Both the position numbers and the translations under genes were made by a program. From an uncultured Planctomycetota bacterium (GTDB taxonomy: Bacteria > Planctomycetota > Planctomycetia > Isosphaerales > Isosphaeraceae), in contig CAVTTN010000002.1 of assembly GCA_963737655.1 (NCBI GenBank), positions 3,680,001 to 3,744,000 of the forward strand: a stretch of 64,000 nucleotides of DNA, written 5' to 3'. How positions within the stretch are numbered: the first letter of the stretch is position 1; each line of letters opens with the position of its first letter. This document shows positions 1-9,422 of the stretch, one piece after another. The notes beneath the pieces are model-generated. The model saw only the letters and a program-made list of their open reading frames with translations. It was not told the DNA's origin and ran no database searches.

Positions 1-2886
1 CTCTCGGTCGGCGACATCACGGTGACGAGGACCACCGCCCCGACGACCGCCAGCTTCACCGTGATGCTCTCCGAGGCCAGCGGCCTGCCGATCACCGTCC
101 AGTATCAGACCTCGAACGGCTCGGCGACCGCGGGCGTCGATTACTCGGCCGTCCAGGGCACCCTAACCTTCGCCCCCGGCGTGACCCAGCAGACGGTGAC
201 CGTGCCGATCCTCGGCGCGACCGTCCCACAGGCCCCGGTCACGTTCACCCTGGCCCTGTCGAACGCCTCGAACGCGACGATCACCACGAGCCAGGCCACC
301 GCGACGATCCAGACCAACATCCCCCTGCCCTCGCTGACCGCCAGCGACGTGACCGTCACGGAAACCATGACGAGCACGGTCCAGGCCGTGTTCAACGTCA
401 CGCTGTCGGCCCCGAGCGGAGTCCCGATCACGGTCCAGTACCAGACCGCGAACGGCACCGCGCTCGCCAATCAGGATTATTTGCCGACGCAAGGCACGCT
501 CACCTTCAACCCCGGCCAGACGGTGCAGACCATCTCGGTCACGGTGCTCCCGGGCACCACTCCGGGGCCGAACAAGCAGTTCAGCGTGCTCCTGAGCGGC
601 CCGACGAACGCCTCGATCGCCGACGGGATGGCCGTCGGCACGATCGTGGTTCCCTACGTAATCCCGACCGTCTCGGTGAACGACACGACCACGACGACCG
701 GCACCGTCGGCAGCGGCCACGTCGCCCTGTTCACGATCAACCTGAACCAGCCGAGCACCTTGCCGGTGACGGTCACGTACGTGACCCAGGACGGCACGGC
801 GGTCTCGGGACGGGATTACTTGGCGACCCAGGGGACGCTCACGTTCGCCCCGGGCCAGACGGTCCAGACGGTCTCGGTCCCCGTGACCGGCTACAACACG
901 CAACAGCCGACGAAGACGTTCTCACTCCTTTTGAGCGGCCCGTCGAACGCGACCCTGGGCAACGCCCGAGGGACCGCGACGATCACCAGCGACATCCTCC
1001 CGCCGTCGTTCTCGATCACCGACGCGACGATCACCGACCCCGATTCCGGCACGGTGAACCTGCCGTTCGTGGTCAGCCTCTCGGGCCCGAGCGGCCTGCC
1101 GGTCTCGGTCCAGTACAGCACGGCCGACCTCACCGCGATGGCCGGGGTGAACTACATCCCCCAGCAGGGCGTCCTGAACTTCGCCCCGGGCGTGACGACC
1201 CAGCAGATCCTCGTCCCGATCATCGGCAGCCTCCTGAACAAGGCGACCTTGCAGTTCACCCTGAACCTCTCGAACCCGGCGAACGCGACGATCGCCGACG
1301 CCCAGGCGATCGGCACCATCCTCGACACCCACCCGTTCCCCACGGTCACCATCGGCAACGCGACGGTGGCGAAGCCCCCCTCGGGCGCGGTCCTCGCCGG
1401 GTTCACCGTCACCCTGTCGTCGGCGAGCGAGCAGCCGGTCTCGGTCCACTACAGCACGGCCGACGGCACCGGGGTGGCGAACGTCGATTACGTGCCGACC
1501 AGCGGGACGCTCAACTTCGCCCCCGGCCAGACGACGATGACCATCCCGGTCGCCGTCCTCGGCTCGACGACCTACTCGGGCGACCGGACGTTCCTCGTCC
1601 AGCTCGATAGCCCGGTCCACGTGACGCTCGGCAACCTCCAGGGCGTGGGGACGATCAAGGAGACCAACCCGCTGCCGAACCTGGGCATCAACGACGTGAC
1701 GGTCACCGAGCCGGCCGCCGGGACGACCGACGCCCGGTTCTACGTCGCCCTGGATCGCACGAGCCGGATGGCCATCAGCGTGAACTACACGACGGCCAAC
1801 CTCTCCGCCCACTCGGGGACGGACTACGTCCCGGTCTCGGGCGTCCTCACCTTCAACCCGGGCGAGACCTACAAGACGATCGACGTCCCGGTGCTCGGCG
1901 GCCTCGCCGAGAAGGCCACGACCCAGTTCGCGGTCGTCCTCTCCAGCCCAGTAGACGCGAGCATCGGCCGAGGGGTGGGCCTGGGCACGATCGTCAGCGC
2001 GAATTCCACCGTGGTGACGACCACGAGCGATTCCGGCCCCGGCTCGCTCCGCCAGGCGATCCTGACCTCCAACGCCACCCCGGGCGTCGATACGATCTCG
2101 TTCGCGATCCCGGGGGGCGGCGTCCAGGTGATCGCGGTGGGGTCCGCCCTGCCCACGATCACCGACCCGGTGAACATCGACGGCCGGACCCAGCCGGGCT
2201 ACGGAGGCTCTCCGCTGATCATGCTCGACGGAGGAGGCTCCGGCGGGGCAGACGGGCTGAGGATCACCGCCGGCAACAGCTCGGTGATCGGCCTGGCGAT
2301 CGACGCCTTCGGTGGGGCCGGGATCGTCCTCTCCAACAAGGGCGGCAACCGCATCCTCGCCGACTACCTGGGCGTCGAGGCCGACGGCACCACCCTCCGA
2401 GGCAACCGGAACTACGGGGTCTACGTCTCCAACACCCCGAATAACGTGATCGGCGACGGCTCGACCGACGGCCGGAACATCATCTCCGGCAACGGGATCA
2501 GCGGCGTCCTGATCAGCGGCTCCGGGGCCTCCGGCAACCTCGTCGCGGGCGACTACGTCGGCACCAACGCCCAGGGCAACGGCGCCGTCCCCAACGGCCA
2601 GAACGGCGTGACGATCGCCAGCGCCCCCCTGAACAACGTGTCCGGCAACCTGATCTCGGGCAACGCCACCAACGGCGTGAAGATCTACGGTGTCGGCTCC
2701 ACGAGGAACCGGGTCCAGAGGAACGCCATCGGCACCAACGTGCCCAACGGCGGCTTCGGCATCCTCACCGATTACCTCGGCCCGAAGGACCACAACACCA
2801 CCTCGCCCAACACCTATGGCGGCAATGGCTTCGGGGCCCTGAGCAGCCGGGTGAAGACCCATCGCAAGGGCAAGCACCCGCTTTGA
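1..2886 (+). CDS. Calx-beta repeat surface protein with C-terminal parallel beta-helix domain (5' truncated by window)
   Basis: Frame is open from base 1. At least 6 repeats of FTVTLS-x-S-x-P(I/V)TVxYxTxDG(T/S)AxAGxDY...GTLTFxPG. These are followed by VVTTTSDSGPGSLRQAI and G/N-rich beta-helix repeats (NIISGNG, GDYVGTN), then a basic tail. Confidence 0.88.
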   Translation, partial: LSVGDITVTRTTAPTTASFTVMLSEASGLPITVQYQTSNGSATAGVDYSAVQGTLTFAPGVTQQTVTVPILGATVPQAPVTFTLALSNASNATITTSQATATIQTNIPLPSLTASDVTVTETMTSTVQAVFNVTLSAPSGVPITVQYQTANGTALANQDYLPTQGTLTFNPGQTVQTISVTVLPGTTPGPNKQFSVLLSGPTNASIADGMAVGTIVVPYVIPTVSVNDTTTTTGTVGSGHVALFTINLNQPSTLPVTVTYVTQDGTAVSGRDYLATQGTLTFAPGQTVQTVSVPVTGYNTQQPTKTFSLLLSGPSNATLGNARGTATITSDILPPSFSITDATITDPDSGTVNLPFVVSLSGPSGLPVSVQYSTADLTAMAGVNYIPQQGVLNFAPGVTTQQILVPIIGSLLNKATLQFTLNLSNPANATIADAQAIGTILDTHPFPTVTIGNATVAKPPSGAVLAGFTVTLSSASEQPVSVHYSTADGTGVANVDYVPTSGTLNFAPGQTTMTIPVAVLGSTTYSGDRTFLVQLDSPVHVTLGNLQGVGTIKETNPLPNLGINDVTVTEPAAGTTDARFYVALDRTSRMAISVNYTTANLSAHSGTDYVPVSGVLTFNPGETYKTIDVPVLGGLAEKATTQFAVVLSSPVDASIGRGVGLGTIVSANSTVVTTTSDSGPGSLRQAILTSNATPGVDTISFAIPGGGVQVIAVGSALPTITDPVNIDGRTQPGYGGSPLIMLDGGGSGGADGLRITAGNSSVIGLAIDAFGGAGIVLSNKGGNRILADYLGVEADGTTLRGNRNYGVYVSNTPNNVIGDGSTDGRNIISGNGISGVLISGSGASGNLVAGDYVGTNAQGNGAVPNGQNGVTIASAPLNNVSGNLISGNATNGVKIYGVGSTRNRVQRNAIGTNVPNGGFGILTDYLGPKDHNTTSPNTYGGNGFGALSSRVKTHRKGKHPL

Positions 2887-2913
2887 TCCGAGTCGCCGCA
2901 CCAGGCCCATGCA

Positions 2914-2944
2914 CCCCGGGACCGTCGCCTTGCCGGTCCCGGGG
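2914..2944 (+). terminator. GC-rich hairpin after first Calx-beta gene (terminator-like, no U tract)
   Basis: Perfect 11-bp inverted repeat CCCCGGGACCG/CGGTCCCGGGG about 28 nt after the stop codon. Confidence 0.35.
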
Positions 2945-3151
2945 ACTCTCCGGGATTCGCGGGCCGGAAGGCTCGATCGGGCCCGAGTCGAAGGCTCGTC
3001 GCGGTCGTGACGATCCGAGAGACCTCGATCCGCAGAAAAATCCCGCCGACTCGCCCCCCGCGGGCTAGATTGCAAGCGATCCCTCCACGAACCGGGACGC
3101 GCACGGCCGCGCGTCCGGGCCACGGATGTCGTCGTCGGAAAGGGCGCCGAG

Positions 3152-6100
3152 ATGAGCCGATACCCCGGGATTGGGACGCGTCCGGGCCGTCGCGACCGCC
3201 GAGGCTCGCGGCCGGGGATGGAGCCGATCGAGCCTCGCATCCTGATGTCGATCGCGGTGAGCGACCCCAAGGTCACGAACCTCGCCGGCACGAAGGCGGA
3301 GTTCGTCGTCACGCTCTCGGCCGCGAAGACCACGCCGGTCACCGTCGATTACTACACGGCCGACGGCACGGCCGTCGCCGGCCGCGACTACACCGCGACC
3401 ACCGGCACCGTCACCTTCGCCCCGGGCGAGACCGGCAAGCTCGTCGCGGTGCCGATCCTCAACAGCGGCCAGTACCAGCCCGACGAGACGTTCTCCCTGA
3501 ACCTGCTGAACCCGGTCGGCGACACGATCTCCGTCCCCCAGGCGCTGGCCACGATCCTCGACCAGAACTCCCCCCCGCAGGTCACCATCAGCGACTTCTC
3601 CGCGACCGAGCCGCTCGCCGGCTCGATCAACGCGACGACCAACGTGCAGCTCTCCTCCGCAAGCGGATTGCCCGTCACCGTCTCGTATTCGACCTCGGAT
3701 ATCTCGGCCGTCGCCGGGCAGGAGTACACGGCGACCTCGGGCACCCTCACGTTCGCGCCGGGCCAGACCTCGCTGCCGATCTCGATCCCGATCCTCGGCA
3801 AGTCCACGCCCGACGGCCAGAAGACCCTCGCCGTGAACCTGCTGAGCGCGACCGGCGCCACGATCGCGAGGTCCCAGGCGATCGGCACGCTGACCGACAG
3901 CGCCGCGCCGGTCGGCACCACGATCGACGACACGACCGTGACCCAGGGCACGACCTCGAACGTCAACGCCCTGTTCCCCGTCCACCTGGCCGCCGCGAGC
4001 AACCTGCCGGTGACCGTCCAGTACGCGACGGTGGACGGGTCGGCCAAGGCCGGGACGGACTACGTCGCCACGACCGGCACGCTGACCATCCCCGCCGGAT
4101 CGACGAGCACCAATATCTCGGTCCCCGTCCTGCCCTCGGCCACGTCCCAGCCGAACAAGCAATTCTCGGTCATGCTCTCGAACCCGACGAACACGACGCT
4201 GACCGACACCTCGGCCGTGGCCACGATCGTGAATCTCGTCCCCAAGCCGGGCTTGACCATCAGCGACGTCTCGGCCGTCGAGAGCAGCAAGGGGCCGACC
4301 TCCGCGCTCTTCACCGTCACGCTCTCGACCCCCAGCGGCGTGCCGGTCACGGTCAATTACAACACGCAGAACCTCACCGCCCTGGCCGGGACCGACTACA
4401 CCGCCACGACCGGCTCCCTGACGTTCAACCCCGGCCAGACCGTGCAGACGATCACGGTGCCGATCCTCGCCAACCCGAACGCGAAGCCGAACTCGCTGTT
4501 CGACGTCCAACTGACCGGGGCGCAGAACGCGGTGATCACCCGGGCCCAGGGCGTCGGCACGATCATCGACGGCGACGTCACGCCCACGATCGCCATCGGC
4601 GACGTGAGCGCCCTGGTCGGCGGCTCCGGCGCCACGACCACCGCGTTGTTCACGGTCTCGCTCTCCTCCGTCGGCACGCAGACCGTCACGGTGGGATACG
4701 CCACCCAGAACGGGTCGGCCCTGGCCGGCACCGACTACACGCCGGTCAGCGGATCGCTCACGTTCGCCCCGGGGCAGTCCGTGCAGACGATCAGCGTCCC
4801 CCTGATCGCCCAGAGTATTCCTCAGCCCACCAAGCAATTCTTCGTGAATCTGACCGGGCCGACCAACGCGACGGTGGGACTCGGCCGGGGGACCGCCACG
4901 ATCCTGAACGACGCCCCGGCGCCGACGGTCTCCGCCGCCTCGGCGGCGACCGTCACCGAACCCGAGGCCGGCTCCACGCTCGCCTCATTCCCCCTGACGC
5001 TCTCCGGCCCGAGCGGCCTGCCCGTGACCGTCAATTACGCGACGGCCGACATCACGGCCCACGCCGGGAGCGATTACACCGCCACCAGCGGGACCGCCAC
5101 GTTCCCCCCGGGAACCACGTCGCTCGTGGTGAACGTCCCGGTCGCCGCCCAGAACCTCAGCCTCCCCACGCAGACGTTCGCGCTGAACCTCTCTGCCGCG
5201 GCCAACGCGAATTTGGCGACCACCCAGGTCGTCGGCACCATCGAGAATGACGCGGCCTATCCCTCCGCGTCGATCGCCGATTCCTCGGTCGTCGCCACGA
5301 GCCCGAATTCGACGTTGGAGAGCTTCACCGTCACGCTGTCCGGGCCCAGCGGCCAGGCGGTGAGCGTCGATTACGCGACCGCCGACGGCACCGCCGTGGC
5401 CGGGACCGACTACGCCTCGACCTCGGGGACGCTGACCTTCAACCCCGGCCAGACGAGCCAGACCATCACCGTCCCGGTCCTGGCCGAGACCTCCTATCGC
5501 GGCAATCGCTCGTTCACGGTCTCCTTGAGCAACCCGGTGAACGTCGACCTCGGCCGGTCCGAGGCCACCGGGGCGATCGTCGAGGGGGGCGCGCTGCCGG
5601 CTCTGACGATCAACGACGTGGCGATCCAGGAGCCCGACCTCGGCACCTCCACCGCCGTGTTCACCGTCACCCTCGCGCCGTCGAGCGGCCTGACCACGAC
5701 CGTCGCCTACTCGACCGTCGATCTCTCCGCCGTGGCCGGGGTCAACTACACGGCGACCTCGGGCACGTTGACCTTCGCCCCGGGCCAGACGACCCAGACG
5801 ATCTCCGTGCCGATCCTCGACGACCTCAAGGTCGATCCGACCTTGCAGTTCGGCGTGGTCCTCTCGTCTCCCTCGAACGCGACCCTGGCGAGGACCGAAG
5901 GGGTCGGATCGATCCTGGACACCGATGCGCTGGTCGTCACGAATACCTCGGATTCGGGTTCGGGATCGCTCCGAGACGTGATCACCCGAGCGAATGCCCA
6001 TTCCGGGCCCGACACCATCACGTTCGCCATCCCGGGAATGGACGTTCACGTCATCAACGTCCGATCGGCGCTGCCCGCGATCACCGACCCGGTGACGATC

Positions 6101-6862
6101 GACGGCGAGAGCCAGCCGGGCTACACCGGGACGCCCCTGGTCGAGATCGACGGCGGGGGCGCGGGCACGGCCGTCGATGGCCTGGCGATCACCGGGGGCA
6201 ATTCGACGGTCCGGGGCCTCTCGATCGTCGGCTTCGGCGGCTCCGGGATCTCGATGACCGGGCTCGGCGGCAACACGATCCAGGCCGATTACCTCGGCCT
6301 CCTGCCCGACGGCTCGACCCCCCTGGGCAATCGCTATTACGGCGTCCTGGCCGACAACTCGCCGAACAACCTGATCGGCGGGACCACGGCCGAGGAACGC
6401 GACGTGATCTCGGGCAACGGGATCGGCGGCGTGTACCTCGGCTTCGCCGGGTCGTCGGGCAACGTGATCGAAGGGGATTATATCGGCACCGATGCCAGGG
6501 GGACCTCGGCCGTCCCGAACGCGATGGACGGCGTGTTCGTGGACAACGCCCCGAACAACTTCGTCGGAGGCCCCGGGGGCACGGCCGGCAACGTGATCTC
6601 CGGGAACGACTCCAACGGCGTCCACCTCTACGGCAAGGGTTCCACCCGCAACCGCGTCCAGGGCAACCTGATCGGGGTCGACGAGTCCGGCAACCACGCC
6701 CTGCCCAACCGCGGGTCGGGCATCCGGATCACCGTCGGAGGCCACCCCAAGAACCTCATCGGAGGCCGAGGGCCGCTCCGAAACGTGACCCGCGCCAACG
6801 GACTCGGGCCCACGAAGTTCATCCCCAAGCATCACGTGGCGAAACCGGTGAAGAAATCCTGA
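3152..6862 (+). CDS. Calx-beta repeat (8x) surface protein with planctomycete LEPRxL-type N-terminal motif and beta-helix domain
   Basis: N-terminus RRDRRGSRPGMEPIEPRILMS; 8 Calx-beta-like repeats; VVTNTSDSGSGSLRD beta-helix module; colinear with the upstream paralogue. Confidence 0.9.
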   Translation: MSRYPGIGTRPGRRDRRGSRPGMEPIEPRILMSIAVSDPKVTNLAGTKAEFVVTLSAAKTTPVTVDYYTADGTAVAGRDYTATTGTVTFAPGETGKLVAVPILNSGQYQPDETFSLNLLNPVGDTISVPQALATILDQNSPPQVTISDFSATEPLAGSINATTNVQLSSASGLPVTVSYSTSDISAVAGQEYTATSGTLTFAPGQTSLPISIPILGKSTPDGQKTLAVNLLSATGATIARSQAIGTLTDSAAPVGTTIDDTTVTQGTTSNVNALFPVHLAAASNLPVTVQYATVDGSAKAGTDYVATTGTLTIPAGSTSTNISVPVLPSATSQPNKQFSVMLSNPTNTTLTDTSAVATIVNLVPKPGLTISDVSAVESSKGPTSALFTVTLSTPSGVPVTVNYNTQNLTALAGTDYTATTGSLTFNPGQTVQTITVPILANPNAKPNSLFDVQLTGAQNAVITRAQGVGTIIDGDVTPTIAIGDVSALVGGSGATTTALFTVSLSSVGTQTVTVGYATQNGSALAGTDYTPVSGSLTFAPGQSVQTISVPLIAQSIPQPTKQFFVNLTGPTNATVGLGRGTATILNDAPAPTVSAASAATVTEPEAGSTLASFPLTLSGPSGLPVTVNYATADITAHAGSDYTATSGTATFPPGTTSLVVNVPVAAQNLSLPTQTFALNLSAAANANLATTQVVGTIENDAAYPSASIADSSVVATSPNSTLESFTVTLSGPSGQAVSVDYATADGTAVAGTDYASTSGTLTFNPGQTSQTITVPVLAETSYRGNRSFTVSLSNPVNVDLGRSEATGAIVEGGALPALTINDVAIQEPDLGTSTAVFTVTLAPSSGLTTTVAYSTVDLSAVAGVNYTATSGTLTFAPGQTTQTISVPILDDLKVDPTLQFGVVLSSPSNATLARTEGVGSILDTDALVVTNTSDSGSGSLRDVITRANAHSGPDTITFAIPGMDVHVINVRSALPAITDPVTIDGESQPGYTGTPLVEIDGGGAGTAVDGLAITGGNSTVRGLSIVGFGGSGISMTGLGGNTIQADYLGLLPDGSTPLGNRYYGVLADNSPNNLIGGTTAEERDVISGNGIGGVYLGFAGSSGNVIEGDYIGTDARGTSAVPNAMDGVFVDNAPNNFVGGPGGTAGNVISGNDSNGVHLYGKGSTRNRVQGNLIGVDESGNHALPNRGSGIRITVGGHPKNLIGGRGPLRNVTRANGLGPTKFIPKHHVAKPVKKS

Positions 6863-7003
6863 TGTTTGCCCGAAAAATCGCCTGTTGATCCAGGTTCCTG
6901 TTGAGCATGACACACTCAACCATCCCATGCATGGGTTTCTCGACCGGTTGCATGGACGCAATCACCGTTCGCGGGCCGGGCCTCCGGCCTCTCGTCGTCG
7001 GCA

Positions 7004-7039
7004 GAAGTTGACGACACTTTTCGCGAAGTTGACAACACT
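7004..7039. repeat. 15-bp direct repeat with 21-bp period (possible regulator site)
   Basis: GAAGTTGACGACACT (7004-7018) and GAAGTTGACAACACT (7025-7039), 1 mismatch. Confidence 0.55.
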
Positions 7040-7516
7040 CTTGCTCCCGAATCGCCGGATTCGCCTTGAATCCCAGGGGATTCCGCGTGGCAACGACTCG
7101 TGCGCACGGAAATCATCGCATTTTTGAATGCGTCAAGTCGCTCGATGCAACTCCCGTCCCGGTCGGTGTTTGTTCCCGGGTGCGCGCAACGCCGGATTCC
7201 CCGAAAGCGTCGAAAACCCGGACTCCCACGGGTCTCGCGATGCGCCATCGCTTGCACGTTCGAACAACTTTGCCGATCTGGACGCCACCGATGGCTCGGA
7301 TCGCCCCTCGGATCGAGTGATCGGGGGACGGGCCGGCGCCGATGATGTCGATCGTGGTCCTCGTCGGGACGGGGACGGTCGGCCGCATCGGGGGTCGTCG
7401 CACCTCATCGGGACAAAATACGTCGATATTTCACAATGGCGCACTCATCGACAAATAATGACTCGAAACGAACGTGCGGAACGTCCGACCGCCGACCTCC
7501 GGGAATCGGGCGTGCG

Positions 7517-7933
7517 TCAGTGGGACTCGCTCGGCGCGCCCCAGGTCGCGGACAGGGTCGCCTCGGCCCCGTCCCCCTCGATCTCGTAGACCAGCTCGCC
7601 GGCCAGTTGCGGCCCGAGCTGGAACGAGAGCGCGGCGTGCTTCCCGATCCGGTCCAGGTGGAATCGGACGAGGCCGAACTGGTAGTAATCGCCGCGGACC
7701 GGCCCCGCCACGTGATCTTCCCGGCGGAGGACCGAGGCGAGCCGAAACCCGTGATCGTCGAGCATCCAGACGTCCGTCAGGGGCCCCATGATCGCCGGAT
7801 GGTCCCAATCGGCCGAGGCGTGCTCCTCGACCCTCAGCGCGTCCGGGCGATGATCTCCCTCGATCTCGGCCCAGAGGGACGCAATCTCGGCGAGGATCAG
7901 GCGATACAGCGGATCGACCTTCCAGCGAGCCAT
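7517..7933 (-). CDS. Hypothetical protein (138 aa)
   Basis: Protein-like composition from MARWKVDPLYRL onward; the upstream in-frame extension is low-complexity R/G/P. Confidence 0.65.
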   Translation of the reverse strand: MARWKVDPLYRLILAEIASLWAEIEGDHRPDALRVEEHASADWDHPAIMGPLTDVWMLDDHGFRLASVLRREDHVAGPVRGDYYQFGLVRFHLDRIGKHAALSFQLGPQLAGELVYEIEGDGAEATLSATWGAPSESH

Positions 7934-8116
7934 GTTTCCCACCCCCGACTCGCGGGCACGCCACCGGCCGGGCGCGATGCCCGCCCCATCCCTGGGACGT
8001 CGGCCCGGTCGTCGGCCCCCGGGGAGAGGGGCCGATTCCCGCGCCAACTTCATCCATTCTACGCCATGAATCGGCCGACGTGACGCGCCAAATCGAACCG
8101 AACGGATCGAAAACGA

Positions 8117-8374
8117 TCATCGCTCGGCGGAGGCCGCCATCAGGGCCGCCTGAAGGTCCTTCTCCGTCGGGTTCACGAGGGTGTCGTTATCGACGCGAAG
8201 CGTGGGCATGACCCGCTTCCCGCCGTTCAGGCCGGCGATGTAGTCGTTGTATTCAGGCTCCAGATCGACATCCTTGAACTCATACGGGACGTCATGTTCG
8301 TCGAGGTATCGGCGGGTCTTGAGCGTGTCCGAGCAGGTCATCGAGCCGTAGACGGTCACGTTGGGTTGCTTCAT
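8117..8374 (-). CDS. Glutaredoxin/NrdH/mycoredoxin-like protein (85 aa)
   Basis: VTVYG-x3-CSDT, L-x4-VPYEFKDVD, NGGKRVMPTL (cis-Pro motif), LVNP; GAGG upstream of ATG. Confidence 0.85.
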   Translation of the reverse strand: MKQPNVTVYGSMTCSDTLKTRRYLDEHDVPYEFKDVDLEPEYNDYIAGLNGGKRVMPTLRVDNDTLVNPTEKDLQAALMAASAER

Positions 8375-8457
8375 GGGGTCCTCGGGGACGTGATGGTTTG
8401 CGACGGGCGCTCGTCGAGTGCCGGAGGGTGCAATCGGCGTTCCGACTCGCGGAAAGC

Positions 8458-8736
8458 TCAACGATTGATCCGCTGGGCATTCCCGGCCCGGCACGACAGG
8501 ATCCAGCGTTCTGCGGCCCTGACCTGGTCCTCCGGGGGAGGGATCAGGGTCGCGGAATGCGGGCGTCGGGCATCGTAACGACGAGCGTAGGCCATCAATT
8601 CGTCGAGGACTTCCTCGGGCAACTGCGAGAGGACCGCGTCGGGGTGCGAGGGATCGAGGATCTGCAAGCATTCGATCATGACCTGATACCCGGTCATCGC
8701 CCCGCTTTCATACATTTCGAGCCAATGCGGAATCAC
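8458..8736 (-). CDS. Small helical hypothetical protein (92 aa), candidate immunity/antitoxin
   Basis: GTG start overlaps the upstream stop (GTGA at 8733-8736); GGAGG Shine-Dalgarno present. Confidence 0.65.
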   Translation of the reverse strand: MIPHWLEMYESGAMTGYQVMIECLQILDPSHPDAVLSQLPEEVLDELMAYARRYDARRPHSATLIPPPEDQVRAAERWILSCRAGNAQRINR

Positions 8737-9203
8737 GTCGTCGCCTCCCTCATCCGTGCGACCAGTTCGTCGGCGTGGTCCCAGGCCTGCCAGTGGACAT
8801 TGCCGGGGTTCCTCGCGCTGGTTTCCGCCTCCCACTTCTCGATCGGCGCACCGTTCGCGAAAATCGCGCGGAGCCTGGCGAGCTCGAACATCTCATGGCC
8901 GAAGACGGCGACGATCGCCTCGTCGCTCGTCAAGATGTCCTTGCGGATCAGGAACGGGATCTTCCCGGTCTTCTTGTGGAAGAACCAGGACCAATCGATG
9001 ATGGTCCCTTCAAACTCCCGGAAAGTCGTGGTCTTCGCGGTGGTCGTGTCGTCCAGATAATCATATTCATCTACGCTGAAATGGACGTGGTCCGGGATGT
9101 CCACACCCCATCGCCTCGCGATTTCGCACGCTTCCTCGATCGTCCGACTCGCTCCATCCGGATTCGGCCGCCACTCGAATCGTGGTGCCGCCCCGGTGAT
9201 CAT
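8733..9203 (-). CDS. Hypothetical protein with zincin-like HExxE motif (156 aa), candidate toxin/metallopeptidase domain
   Basis: GGAGG then ATG at 9203; motif SDEAIVAVFGHEMFEL and downstream NVHWQAWDHAD. Confidence 0.7.
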   Translation of the reverse strand: MITGAAPRFEWRPNPDGASRTIEEACEIARRWGVDIPDHVHFSVDEYDYLDDTTTAKTTTFREFEGTIIDWSWFFHKKTGKIPFLIRKDILTSDEAIVAVFGHEMFELARLRAIFANGAPIEKWEAETSARNPGNVHWQAWDHADELVARMREATT

Positions 9204-9422
9204 GATCGCCTCCACGGACCGACCGAGCAGGGACCGCGATTCCAGCGCGGTTCGGAGCGCAGCTAAGGTTGGCCTCCTTGCCAGAATATCCTATCCCACC
9301 AAATCCTTCATCCTGGGTCGAGATTGGCATCCGAATTGTTCGAGCCAGATCGGAACAAAGACCATCGAAATCGAACCCCTGAAAACGTCCGGCCTGGAAG
9401 GGCGTCGGCCCTGAGCAGGCGC

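Noticed and set aside
6863..9422. Prophage or integrative element
   Set aside because: No integrase, transposase, tRNA target or flanking direct repeats were seen; only a few small accessory genes.
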